Source: an uncultured Erysipelotrichaceae bacterium (lineage in GTDB: Bacteria > Bacillota_I > Bacilli_A > Erysipelotrichales > Erysipelotrichaceae). Taken from it: DNA of 32,000 nucleotides. The stretch lies in the NCBI GenBank assembly GCA_942492995.1, contig OW818653.1, positions 840,001 to 872,000 on the forward strand, written 5' to 3'. Shown here in pieces: positions 7,934 through 17,570 of the stretch (the stretch's first letter is position 1; each line of letters starts with the position of its first letter). The notes beneath the pieces are model-generated. The model did not search any database and was not told where the DNA came from. It saw only the letters and a list, made by a program, of their open reading frames with translations. The position numbers were made by a program, and so were the translations under genes.

Positions 7934-10900
7934 CTAATTACCATTCTGGGTTACTTGAACTAAAATACTTGGATCTTTTAGTTTTGAATCTTCCGCTAGT
8001 AGAATAATTTTCGATAAGATTTCCGCACTTCTTGGATCTTCATCAATAAATGGTAAGAATAATCTTCCTCTATGACTAGAATGAACAGGAAGTATGTTTA
8101 AAGCGCCTGTCCCCATTTTATGCGCTACACCACTACCCAAATGGACTGTATATTCTCCATGAACACCATCTATAAATGCGTGCGACCCTTTTATCACTAC
8201 ATTCTTGAGTTTTAAAAGTAACAAGAGTTCATTTACAATTACTGATCTTATTTCTATCGTTGATAAGCTTGCTTCAGGGTCAACACCACCAACATGCGCA
8301 ACACTAACAACAAGATCTACATCACGCATTACTTCAGAGAAAACTAATTTTGGTACAGACTCGAGATCAACTATTTTACTTGTAAATCTATCTTCGAATC
8401 TAACAAGTTCAATTGTAGGAGATTCAATTTCCGAAGGAGAAAACCAATCTGCAATTGCATATATTGTTGCTACTAAATTTTCTTTATAGAAAACCTTTTG
8501 CAAACCTTCTTCATAATTAAGTATCCAACCTCTATTTTTTAATAATGCAATAGTCTTCTTTGGTTGTACTTGATGACCAGCATATCTTCTGGATTGATTT
8601 TTTTCAGTTAAATCATCATTATTCAAAACATAAAGTTCTCTATAAATCTGCTTGAATGGTTGAACCAACTTCTTAGTAAATACATGTTTCTGATACTCTG
8701 CCCAACAACCTAGCTCAAAAAGATGAACTGGATGTGCTAACATAACTTCTTCGTTATTTTCAAGTAAATATATTTCTCCAGAAAAATTAACTAATGTATT
8801 ATTTCTTAAAAATCCATTACCCTTGTTCGCAATAAAAACTAATTTTGAAATTATTGGAAACAAGACAGGATTACTTTGAAGGTTAATTAGCTCTTGTGAT
8901 TTAAATCTTTCACCCTTTTCCATTAATTCTTCAAAAATTGAACGAGCTCTTAAAAACTGATCGTTAAGTTCTTTCCGAATTGATGTCAATTGTTTAATAT
9001 ACTCATGTTTTTTATATTTATCTGGAATAACCTTTAACTCTTTATCATTCTTTCTTATCTTAATAGTAGTTTTTCCAAATTCATCAATACTAAGTTTTAA
9101 CTCAATATCGTCAATATAATAATTTTCTAAATAAGTACTTATTGAATCTAATTTAGCAGTCTCCATATCCCATATCATACGATTCACATCGGAATAACCA
9201 GCATTTCGTGCAAGATTTACGAGTGCTACTTGAACACTTCTACCTTCACTAGCACGTCTTTGTGCTCCAAACTGTTTACTTTCCTTAAGATATTGTTGAA
9301 TATATTCATATCTATTTAAGATATCCTTTTTATCAACTATTGGTATGATTCCATAAGCTAGTAAGTAGTCCTTATTCCGTTTTTCAACTATCCTATTCTT
9401 TACGGTTTCAATATCAAGTTTTCCTAATACTGCATCCGCAAAAAGCTGTGATCGTTTATGCAAGTTACCATCAGCTATATATTTTGCACTATTATAAATC
9501 ATCTTAAATCTCTTCTCACTAATACCCGCATATGCCTCTTTAAACCATATAGAATCAAATGCTCCATCTTTAAAATCTTGTGATGATATGGTTGAATATC
9601 TAGCAACTATTATTTCTTTTTCTTCGTTGAAAACACTATTTACATGTGAATGGAAATACCAACAAACAGATTTTAAACCTGGATCATTTAAATAATCCGC
9701 AATTATGTCTAACCATTGTGGAGCATACATTGCCGCTTCAATTAATTGCTTTTCACTAACTGTTCGATTACCAAATGCATTTTTTAAAGTTTCAACATTA
9801 TCTAACTTATTTGGATAACAACACTTTAATAGATAACTTAATACTTGGTTTTTAGTACTATTTCCATTGATGAAATTATACCCTCTAACATAAGAATCTT
9901 TCTCCGAATTTAATATAATAGTCGTAAAATTACGAACACCATAGCATCTTTTAATCATTGATGCTAAGTGAGTAACTTCAGTGTTTAACTCTCCACGTTT
10001 TGTTTCAATCTCTGTAAGAACATCGACTACATTGTCTCTAATTTTTTGAAGTTTACTATAGTTTGCATTCAGAGTATTTTGTCTTGGATTCGTACACAAT
10101 TGGATATTTTCAGCACTTAAAGGCCTAGAAATCATTTCTTTATAAACTTCAGTTTCTGTTATTAACCCTAATTCTAAAGCTCCCCCAAAATCTATAAGTG
10201 TTAATGTTGCATGGTTCAGATAGTCACACGCTTTATAATAATTATATGCTAAGGAGAAGTATTGACTAAATTGTTTAGCATCTTTGCATTTATTTGCCAT
10301 TAATCTTAACCAGTAGCTTACTACAAAACTTTCAATTGCTAAATTCTTAGAATTACCAACATAAAAACGATTATTTTTCATACATTCTTTTGTATGCTCA
10401 TCTTTTTCTAACTTCATAAAGATTTTAATTAATATTGAATATGAAAGATTAAACGCTTCAGTACTTGAAGAATTCATAACTAAGAATGTTATATACTCTC
10501 TAATTTTGTCTTTATACTTTAGATTACTAATAAATTTTTCATATGCCGTTATATCACTATAGTTCAAGTGTTTATTAATAAATACTTTATACCAATCAAG
10601 ATAGTTTGATTTAGCATTGAAACCATTAATTCTTATGTAAAAATCAAGATAGACTAATTCTTCATCTGTAATAGCGTTCTCTTTTACAAACTCTAAAACT
10701 TCATCGATAAATGGATAACTTGAAATCGTATGATTTCCAGCTTCTTTTAATTGGAGGAATGGTGTTCCTCCCAATGTTACTTTTGTTCTATTACCTAAAT
10801 AATTAATAACCTCATATTCATAATTTCTGTTTTCATGTATCAATTTATCAAATTCAGATAATATAAATTGAGTTCTATCACTATTTAAGATTTTATATGA

Positions 10901-12850
10901 ATCGACTTCAATATTATAAGAATCATTGAACGTTATATATTCGCTTTTAATTCCTACATCAAATAATTCTAATCCATTTTCAAGTTTCTTTGTATTTGAA
11001 ACGCCATTAATAATATCATTTGCGATAACTAATTCTCGTTGAGAAACTTCATCATTTTTATTGATTAATTTTCTCGAATTATTTCTAATACTTTCATAAG
11101 AATCATTTGATTCAATTACATTTATTAAATCTAGTGCTGCTAATCGTTTATTTTCATTATCACTTTCCATAAGCCGTTTTACTGATAAGTAAAGGTTATT
11201 GGAATTTTGCTTTAATAATAGATTTATACAGTTCTTTCTTAAATCTCCAGACTTATATTCTAGAAAATTCTCGATTTCAATATATTCATCTCTATCAATT
11301 TCAAAACTTGATAGAAGCTTAAATGCAGCATTCCTAACATTCACTACACGATCTCCACATAAATTAATTAATGTAGTTCTTTGTAACCCTTGACTCGGAA
11401 CCTTTAGAAAATGTTCAACAAGTAACACTCTATTTTGTGGACTCATACTATCTTTAATTTCAATTAAATAATCTACAACTTCGTTATCATAATCTAGATA
11501 GACTGACATCATCATTTTCTCAATTATTTCTGATACAGTAAGACTCATATTTATCCATGGAAAAACTATTTCATTAAAGACAATCTCTTTCTTTGGCATT
11601 AATTCTAAAACATTTTTTAATTTATAAAATAATTTCTTACCATAATCAACTTTATTGTAATTATAACTTTGTAGACGTTCACCATTGTTATGTTTCATGT
11701 CATATGTGTTCAAATTACCAAATAGATTTTTAATTACTAAAACTAATACATCTAAATCTATAACATCAATTGATTTACATGCTATACCATGTTTAAAAAT
11801 ATTGAACTGTGTATCATATAAAAATAATAAGCCACTTTGACGTTGATATTTTTTATCAGATTTCATCAGTGATTCTATTGGTTTTTTAACATCTTCAACT
11901 TCATCAAATGCAGTCGCCCATAATCCGATGTATATCTCTAGATTATCAATTGAGTTTAAACATGTGTCTAGATACTTCTTATCAGTAATACATTTGTATG
12001 CAGTTTCAAAACATCTTAAATTTACTTTATGCCTTTCCACATCTAGAATTAACCCTGTCCAAGTCGAAAATGCTCGAAGTATTGAAGAAAATCTTATTAA
12101 ATTATTATCTATGATACTTTTGAGTAAATAAACAAAGCTTTCTCTAGAGCATTCATCCATACATTCAACAATCGACTGTCTCAGTCCTTCTTGTAGTTTG
12201 GATGCTAATAGAAGATCATTAACCATTTTATAAGCTTTAACATTTTTACTCATTAATATTCCACGTATTATTTCACGCGTCAATACAGCAAAATTATTAT
12301 CATTATAAATGATATTTTTTATGTGATTAAATACAACTTCATTATCATTATTTAATTCAATAGCAATTAAGTCCGCTATAACAGATATATTTTCACTATC
12401 TTTTGTATTTGATGTTAAATAATTAACTAATGAAAAATTAGTAGCTAGAAGATATGTATATTCAGTCAATTTTTCTAAGTTTTTCGAAAAATATAAACTC
12501 GTAGATTTCTTAGTTCTATATGAACGCCTAACATAACCTGTTGTATAAGTGAAGTTTATTGATCTGTCCCAAATTCGTTTATAGACTAGTGCATTTTTGT
12601 CTCCCAGAATATATTTTAATGTCTTAAGATTATTATCTTCAAATACTTTGTGAACATGATTTGTAGTTCCTGTCCATAGAAATTTAAATAAGTTATTAAA
12701 CTTTAAATTACTTGAAGAATAATCTGCCAGAATATATTCTTTGATCGCAAATACTAGATTGTTGTTCACACCAAACGCAAAAAATTTATTAGATTCCACT
12801 CTATTTATATAATCTGATATTATTTTCTTTTGATTCGCGTTAATGTACAT
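7934..12850 (-). CDS. 1638-aa HEAT/ARM-like repeat protein with a DUF4132-type (possibly DUF5724/DUF4132) C-terminal region; function unknown
   Basis: Uninterrupted 4.9-kb ORF with GGGG SD. HEAT-like segments include VNVRNAAFKLLSSF and ENKRLAALDLINVIES. C-terminal motifs I associate with DUF4132 (YehH/YehI-type) proteins: AHPVHLFELGCWAEYQ...LVQPFKQIYRELY, MRDVDLVVSVAHVGGVDPEASLS and GRLFLPFIDEDP. I found no Walker A or other catalytic motif by eye. Confidence 0.75.
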   Translation of the reverse strand: MYINANQKKIISDYINRVESNKFFAFGVNNNLVFAIKEYILADYSSSNLKFNNLFKFLWTGTTNHVHKVFEDNNLKTLKYILGDKNALVYKRIWDRSINFTYTTGYVRRSYRTKKSTSLYFSKNLEKLTEYTYLLATNFSLVNYLTSNTKDSENISVIADLIAIELNNDNEVVFNHIKNIIYNDNNFAVLTREIIRGILMSKNVKAYKMVNDLLLASKLQEGLRQSIVECMDECSRESFVYLLKSIIDNNLIRFSSILRAFSTWTGLILDVERHKVNLRCFETAYKCITDKKYLDTCLNSIDNLEIYIGLWATAFDEVEDVKKPIESLMKSDKKYQRQSGLLFLYDTQFNIFKHGIACKSIDVIDLDVLVLVIKNLFGNLNTYDMKHNNGERLQSYNYNKVDYGKKLFYKLKNVLELMPKKEIVFNEIVFPWINMSLTVSEIIEKMMMSVYLDYDNEVVDYLIEIKDSMSPQNRVLLVEHFLKVPSQGLQRTTLINLCGDRVVNVRNAAFKLLSSFEIDRDEYIEIENFLEYKSGDLRKNCINLLLKQNSNNLYLSVKRLMESDNENKRLAALDLINVIESNDSYESIRNNSRKLINKNDEVSQRELVIANDIINGVSNTKKLENGLELFDVGIKSEYITFNDSYNIEVDSYKILNSDRTQFILSEFDKLIHENRNYEYEVINYLGNRTKVTLGGTPFLQLKEAGNHTISSYPFIDEVLEFVKENAITDEELVYLDFYIRINGFNAKSNYLDWYKVFINKHLNYSDITAYEKFISNLKYKDKIREYITFLVMNSSSTEAFNLSYSILIKIFMKLEKDEHTKECMKNNRFYVGNSKNLAIESFVVSYWLRLMANKCKDAKQFSQYFSLAYNYYKACDYLNHATLTLIDFGGALELGLITETEVYKEMISRPLSAENIQLCTNPRQNTLNANYSKLQKIRDNVVDVLTEIETKRGELNTEVTHLASMIKRCYGVRNFTTIILNSEKDSYVRGYNFINGNSTKNQVLSYLLKCCYPNKLDNVETLKNAFGNRTVSEKQLIEAAMYAPQWLDIIADYLNDPGLKSVCWYFHSHVNSVFNEEKEIIVARYSTISSQDFKDGAFDSIWFKEAYAGISEKRFKMIYNSAKYIADGNLHKRSQLFADAVLGKLDIETVKNRIVEKRNKDYLLAYGIIPIVDKKDILNRYEYIQQYLKESKQFGAQRRASEGRSVQVALVNLARNAGYSDVNRMIWDMETAKLDSISTYLENYYIDDIELKLSIDEFGKTTIKIRKNDKELKVIPDKYKKHEYIKQLTSIRKELNDQFLRARSIFEELMEKGERFKSQELINLQSNPVLFPIISKLVFIANKGNGFLRNNTLVNFSGEIYLLENNEEVMLAHPVHLFELGCWAEYQKHVFTKKLVQPFKQIYRELYVLNNDDLTEKNQSRRYAGHQVQPKKTIALLKNRGWILNYEEGLQKVFYKENLVATIYAIADWFSPSEIESPTIELVRFEDRFTSKIVDLESVPKLVFSEVMRDVDLVVSVAHVGGVDPEASLSTIEIRSVIVNELLLLLKLKNVVIKGSHAFIDGVHGEYTVHLGSGVAHKMGTGALNILPVHSSHRGRLFLPFIDEDPRSAEILSKIILLAEDSKLKDPSILVQVTQNGN

Positions 12851-12895
12851 TTTTTCCCCTTGTTAATGTTCACAATAAAACTTTGTAAATTCAAA

Positions 12896-13315
12896 CTACC
12901 ACAATCTTCCTGCAAGCATTGTTAATCTAATAAAAGTTAGAACATCTCCTTCTTTTAAATCTATTGTGTTATCTAACTCGCTTGTTTCTGTGTCATTTAT
13001 AAACACTCTGTAGATACCATCTTCATACGAAGTCAAAGCATTCTCAATCGCTTTATTTAATAATTGATTATCATGATTGTATCTTTCATTGAAAGAAACT
13101 TTTCCTAACACTATTTGCTCTTGAAGGGTTTCATTTGTTAAATAATGAAGTATTGTGTTTTCATTATTTTTTTCGTTGAATTGTATTACATTGTTTATTA
13201 CGATTTCTCGAATTAATTCACGTAAAGTTAATGGCATTGAATTTAATATAATTTCTTCATTTTCAATTTGATTCTTTCGTTTGTTAGCTTGTTTAACATT
13301 TACAGATAATTTCAT
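12896..13315 (-). CDS. 139-aa hypothetical protein, co-transcribed partner of the giant gene
   Basis: Preferred start is ATG 13313-13315 (MKLSVNVKQ...), with GGAGA 6 nt upstream. The ORF track extends to 13387 without an SD. The stop lies 45 nt upstream of the giant gene's ATG. No motif recognised. C-terminus: KEGDVLTFIRLTMLAGRLW. Confidence 0.6.
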   Translation of the reverse strand: MKLSVNVKQANKRKNQIENEEIILNSMPLTLRELIREIVINNVIQFNEKNNENTILHYLTNETLQEQIVLGKVSFNERYNHDNQLLNKAIENALTSYEDGIYRVFINDTETSELDNTIDLKEGDVLTFIRLTMLAGRLW

Positions 13316-13402
13316 GATTCTTCTCCATATATTTAAATTTAGTTCTTCACTTACTAATTCCAATTTTAATTTAAACATTTCTAACAAACATTAATTGTTC
13401 TT

Positions 13403-13432
13403 ATTATAACAAAACAAAATTTAAGAATTGTA
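13403..13432 (-). promoter_or_regulatory. putative extended -10 promoter of the small/giant operon
   Basis: The minus strand has TGTTATAAT (rc of 13403-13411), a TGn-extended -10. The -35 (TACAAT/ACAATT) is weak, at 17-18 nt. Confidence 0.3.
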
Positions 13433-13513
13433 GAAATAGTTAATCAATTCATTAATTTTGGATTAAATTATCGACTATCTATTTTTTTGATAATATTCAT
13501 TAGAATTTAGAAC

Positions 13514-13547
13514 AAAAAAAAGAGTATCCTAGTTCTCTAGAATACCC
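13514..13547 (-). terminator. intrinsic terminator after the RidA-family gene
   Basis: The minus strand has GGGTATTCTAG-AGAA-CTAGGATACTC (11-bp stem with two G-U pairs) followed by T8. Confidence 0.7.
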
Positions 13548-13609
13548 TTTCAATTTCTTCTAACTTTAAAAATTACACCAAATCACTTATGTGAATTCTT
13601 TGATACTGA

Positions 13610-13966
13610 TTAATCCTCTCTATATGCAATCGCATCAACTTGAAAGTCAATTCCATCGCGTATAAACTTAGTTTCATATGCCTTACGAGCCGGATACTTA
13701 CCATCAAATCTCTGTTTAATTATTTCACCTAAATACATCAAATCATTAATATCTTTAAATAAACAATCCATTTGAACCACTGATTGCAATGTCAAACCGA
13801 TCGATTCTAGTCTTTCGCTCAAAACATCAAATGCACCATTAATTTGGTTTTCGATTGATTGTCCTTCATTCTTCATACAATAGCTAATATAGACAAAATC
13901 TCCCGCTTCAACAATCGCGGAATGTGCCCATTTTTCGTCAATTTCTGTTCTTTTAATTTCTTTCAT
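13610..13966 (-). CDS. RidA/YjgF/UK114-family protein (reactive-intermediate deaminase family)
   Basis: 118-aa ORF. The pattern AIVEAGDFVYISY...IENQINGAFDVLSERLESIGLTLQSVVQMDCLFKDINDL...YPARKAYE...FQVDAIAY matches the family layout. SD AAGGGA. Confidence 0.7.
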   Translation of the reverse strand: MKEIKRTEIDEKWAHSAIVEAGDFVYISYCMKNEGQSIENQINGAFDVLSERLESIGLTLQSVVQMDCLFKDINDLMYLGEIIKQRFDGKYPARKAYETKFIRDGIDFQVDAIAYRED

Positions 13967-14049
13967 ATACTTTCCCTTTTATTTATAAATAATTATACAT
14001 CGAAGATATTTAAATGTTTATCAAGAGAAATTCAATTATATGCTTGAAA

Positions 14050-14904
14050 TTATTTATTCTCTTCTGGAGTATTAAAATATGCAACAGATGCGTTTATTTC
14101 GCCTCCCAATAGTAAGAACAAACAACTTAAATTTAACCAAACTAATAAAAGAATGATTCCACTAATACTGCCATATACATTGGCATAATTGGTAAAGTTA
14201 TTGACAAAGAATGAAAATAATAATGATATCGTAACCCAACCTACCATTGTAAAAATAGTGCCTGGTAAAATTTCTATAATTCTAACTTTTCTATATGGGA
14301 TTAACAGATATAAGATCGTAAATACAGCAGCCATCGTAATAAGTGGAACTAATAAGCGTATTAGATTCCAAACAATTTCAAATGAACTGGATATACTAAA
14401 CAGTTTAAAAACTTGTTCACCAATTACTTCACCGGACACTAAAAAGATAATAGTTATAAATAGAATTAGTGCTAGACCAATTGTAGAAATCAAATTCACA
14501 ACAATCACTTGCCATATATGTCTATCTTCAAATTTTCGATATGCTTTATATAGTCCTTTTCTTACAGCGTTTATACCACTTGATGAACTCAATATAGTTA
14601 CTACAGCACCGACTGTTAAAAGCGTCGCATTACGTGTACTTAGAACATTTTCAATAATAGTTCTTGTGACAATTGCGACATCAGTTGGGAAGAAACTAAA
14701 TACTAGATTCATTAATTGGGATTGAGGAATATTCGTGAAACTTAATAGACTAAATAAGAAGATGACAAAAGGAAATAAAGATAAGAAAAGAAAATATGAA
14801 CATTGCGCACTTAACCCAGCTATATCATCTTCTTTAAGACGAAATAACAGGTGTTTAATATATTTTTTTGCATAATCTTTAGTATTAACTAACGTTGGTT
14901 TCAT
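14050..14904 (-). CDS. YihY/BrkB-family (formerly 'ribonuclease BN-like') integral membrane protein
   Basis: 284-aa ORF with about 6 TM segments. N-terminal signature DIAGLSAQCSYFLFLSLFPFVIFL, and a C-terminal LLLVWLNLSCLFLLLGGEINA typical of the family. Confidence 0.75.
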   Translation of the reverse strand: MKPTLVNTKDYAKKYIKHLLFRLKEDDIAGLSAQCSYFLFLSLFPFVIFLFSLLSFTNIPQSQLMNLVFSFFPTDVAIVTRTIIENVLSTRNATLLTVGAVVTILSSSSGINAVRKGLYKAYRKFEDRHIWQVIVVNLISTIGLALILFITIIFLVSGEVIGEQVFKLFSISSSFEIVWNLIRLLVPLITMAAVFTILYLLIPYRKVRIIEILPGTIFTMVGWVTISLLFSFFVNNFTNYANVYGSISGIILLLVWLNLSCLFLLLGGEINASVAYFNTPEENK

Positions 14905-15025
14905 TTGAATCCCCTAGTTATTCTTGCTACATACTAATTTAAATTTCTAAGTCACTATTTCCACTAATATTTAATTGATTCTATATTTTGTAACAATAAA
15001 CTTATTGTTTTACTATACTCAGGAT

Positions 15026-16207
15026 TTAAAAAATATCATTACTATCATCAATATAGTTTTTTATTTTAGCACCATTAATACTTAACTTACTTTTATTACT
15101 TATTAAAGATAGGTAAAAACTCTTTACATCAGGATCATTTATTATCCACTTAATTTGATTGTTATTTACTGCTGCATTGTAAAGAATTTCTTTTTCACTA
15201 TTATTCCAATTTTGAATTTTGTTCAAATCACTAATTAACGTATGGGTATTTGCAAAACTCATACTATTTTCAAATGCAATTAAAAGTTTATCTTTAAGAT
15301 TTTCAACATTATTTTCAAAATTATTATCTTTAGATGTTTCATTTTTATTACTATAATGAATAGTTTCTAACTTTTCATTCAAATAAGTTCTTTCAATAAT
15401 CGTTTTTATTAAGCAATCAAGTTCACTACCCTTAGAATAGTCAGCAGGTGCAAAATATTTTATTCGATTATGCGACATCATTTTAAAGACTTTTTTCTTA
15501 TCTCTTGTACTTTGATTATATACACCTATTGAATGTCCGCCATAAATATTAACTAACTTCATACAAGGAATATCAGTATCACTATCACCTATATATATTA
15601 TATTTCGAAATGGAATTCTTAATTTATCTTCTGGAAAATAATCATTAACTGCAGGATCATTTACATCCAATACTCCCTTCTCTATTCTGAACAAAAATTG
15701 AGTTTTGTTTGTATAATTTACAACTTGAGCTGGCCATTGAGCAACACCTCGTTCATTAAAGTAAAATGAACTTGCATATATTTTCTCAAATGCTCCTTTT
15801 TTTGCAATTTCAGTGCCTTCAATCATTTCTTTTAGACCTGACGAGATTATATAATGCTCTATAATAACTCCATATTCATTACCATAATCATTAATTCTAT
15901 CAAACCACTCAAGCACTCCAGGAAAAAGCAAGACTTCAGATCCATATTTTGCTAATATATCCTTTGTAAACGGAAAACGGCCTTCGGACTCTTTAATCAT
16001 TTTATACATGTATGCTAGGTTTTGGTCCATTTCATTTTGTTCAGCTAATCCATTTGACTCAGTCCAAAAAGATTTAACGTCATACTTAACAGATTGAATA
16101 AATCCTTGTGCTTGCATATCATCTGGAGTAAGTGTTTTGTCAAAATCATAACATATCGCAATTACTGGTCTTTCCTCTTTATATTTTCTATTAAATTCTT
16201 TCCCCAC
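15026..16207 (-). CDS. HAD-superfamily phosphatase-like protein with a ~110-aa C-terminal extension of unknown function
   Basis: HAD motif I is DFDKTLT, motif II is IISSG, and motif IV is IGDSDTD. Preferred start is GTG 16205-16207, 9 nt after GAGGGAG. The ORF-track start is GTG 16223-16225. The gene is very AT-rich. Confidence 0.65.
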   Translation of the reverse strand: MGKEFNRKYKEERPVIAICYDFDKTLTPDDMQAQGFIQSVKYDVKSFWTESNGLAEQNEMDQNLAYMYKMIKESEGRFPFTKDILAKYGSEVLLFPGVLEWFDRINDYGNEYGVIIEHYIISSGLKEMIEGTEIAKKGAFEKIYASSFYFNERGVAQWPAQVVNYTNKTQFLFRIEKGVLDVNDPAVNDYFPEDKLRIPFRNIIYIGDSDTDIPCMKLVNIYGGHSIGVYNQSTRDKKKVFKMMSHNRIKYFAPADYSKGSELDCLIKTIIERTYLNEKLETIHYSNKNETSKDNNFENNVENLKDKLLIAFENSMSFANTHTLISDLNKIQNWNNSEKEILYNAAVNNNQIKWIINDPDVKSFYLSLISNKSKLSINGAKIKNYIDDSNDIF

Positions 16208-16365
16208 AATCTTAGTCTCCCTCACTTTATTTAATTAAATAATAATTGACCATTTAAGTAGTGTAAAGAAAATAAATTAATATTATTTGATACAAACTCA
16301 GTTCTTGAATGACTTTATAAATGTATTAGTTTTAGATTAAAAATTTATAAGCAAATACTTTACTT

Positions 16366-17244
16366 TTAAATTTTATTTCTTGAACCAAAATTAAAAATCT
16401 GTGCCATTGTCGCTCTTAATACTTGATAACAAATTAGTGCTGTATTTTTATCTGGAAAAAATTGTGAACTCATTTGCTGATATGGATGAATGTAATTTCT
16501 AAAATCTCTAACTACATGACTAAATTTACTTACATCATCACTTACAACTCCTAATTCTTTTGATACATCTATAAAATTACTCAGTGTCCACTCACTAAGT
16601 TTTTTAACTTTTAAATCGCGATCTTTTGGTGCTGTTATGGCCTTATTAAAAAGTGAGGGATTTTTTATAGCAAAACCTAAGAAAAGACCTTCCATAATAC
16701 TTCCGATTAGTAGAATTGAAGCTAATGGTGCTTCACTTGAAAAACATTTTTCAGACTCTATAAGACGTTTTTCTAAAACATTAGAGATAGCTGAATCAAA
16801 ACAAAGATCTTCAATTTTTATTTCAAATTTAGTTGCAAGAAACTCTTTTTCTGTTACATCTCTTTTATTTTCTGGATTATCTATAATTACTTTCTCTAAT
16901 CGTTTAAATAAAATTTCATCATTATTTCTTTCAACTTTCCATTTATCGAAGACCATATATTTATTGAATTCTTCAATCAAATTATCTAGGTAATCGATTC
17001 TAGAAATATAATTAATCACTTCGAAAACTTTCCTAATACATTTATCTAATTCAGGTTTACCATTAATTTCTTTAAGCTTTGTTTCAGTATAAAACCATCT
17101 CGATGGAAACCCTTTACCATATACATCTTGAAAACCAAGCATATTAAAAAAGGCAATCAGTTTTGGACCTGAACGATAATCCGGTGTTCCATCACCATTA
17201 ATTATATCTCTTAATTTTTCTAAAGTTTTTTCACTCAAAATCAT
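16366..17244 (-). CDS. hypothetical protein, candidate AbiJ-like architecture (N-terminal domain plus C-terminal HEPN-like domain)
   Basis: 292-aa ORF. The C-terminal half has SILLIGSIMEGLFLGFA followed by HVVRDFRNYIHPYQQ (R-x6-H / RN..H, resembling the HEPN Rx4-6H motif). The N-terminal ~120 aa was not recognised with confidence. AT-rich, with its own 326-nt upstream spacer. Confidence 0.4.
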   Translation of the reverse strand: MILSEKTLEKLRDIINGDGTPDYRSGPKLIAFFNMLGFQDVYGKGFPSRWFYTETKLKEINGKPELDKCIRKVFEVINYISRIDYLDNLIEEFNKYMVFDKWKVERNNDEILFKRLEKVIIDNPENKRDVTEKEFLATKFEIKIEDLCFDSAISNVLEKRLIESEKCFSSEAPLASILLIGSIMEGLFLGFAIKNPSLFNKAITAPKDRDLKVKKLSEWTLSNFIDVSKELGVVSDDVSKFSHVVRDFRNYIHPYQQMSSQFFPDKNTALICYQVLRATMAQIFNFGSRNKI

Positions 17245-17570
17245 AAATAAATTACCTCATTTTACTAATTTTAAAAGTAATTATACTATACAAATCTTTT
17301 TTATAATTTAGTTAAAAACAACATTTAAATGATTTACGTGGTATTTTTTTGCTTTCGAATTAATAACCCTTATGGCAAAACAAGTATTTTGAGTTAAATC
17401 TAATGACTTACATATTTTTTATTTTTATATCTTTATAATATTACTTAGACTTTTCTCAATTATTCCAAGAATTATTGATTTCTAATAATCGCGTATAATT
17501 ACATTTCTTATAAACATTACAAGCTTTTGTTCTTACAAAGTTTTACTTAGCATTCTATTTTGATTTATCT

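Noticed and set aside
14189-14725. 178-aa plus-strand ORF
   Set aside because: It lies entirely antisense within the YihY-family membrane gene, has no SD, and its composition mirrors the hydrophobic gene opposite. This is a typical shadow ORF of an AT-rich membrane gene.
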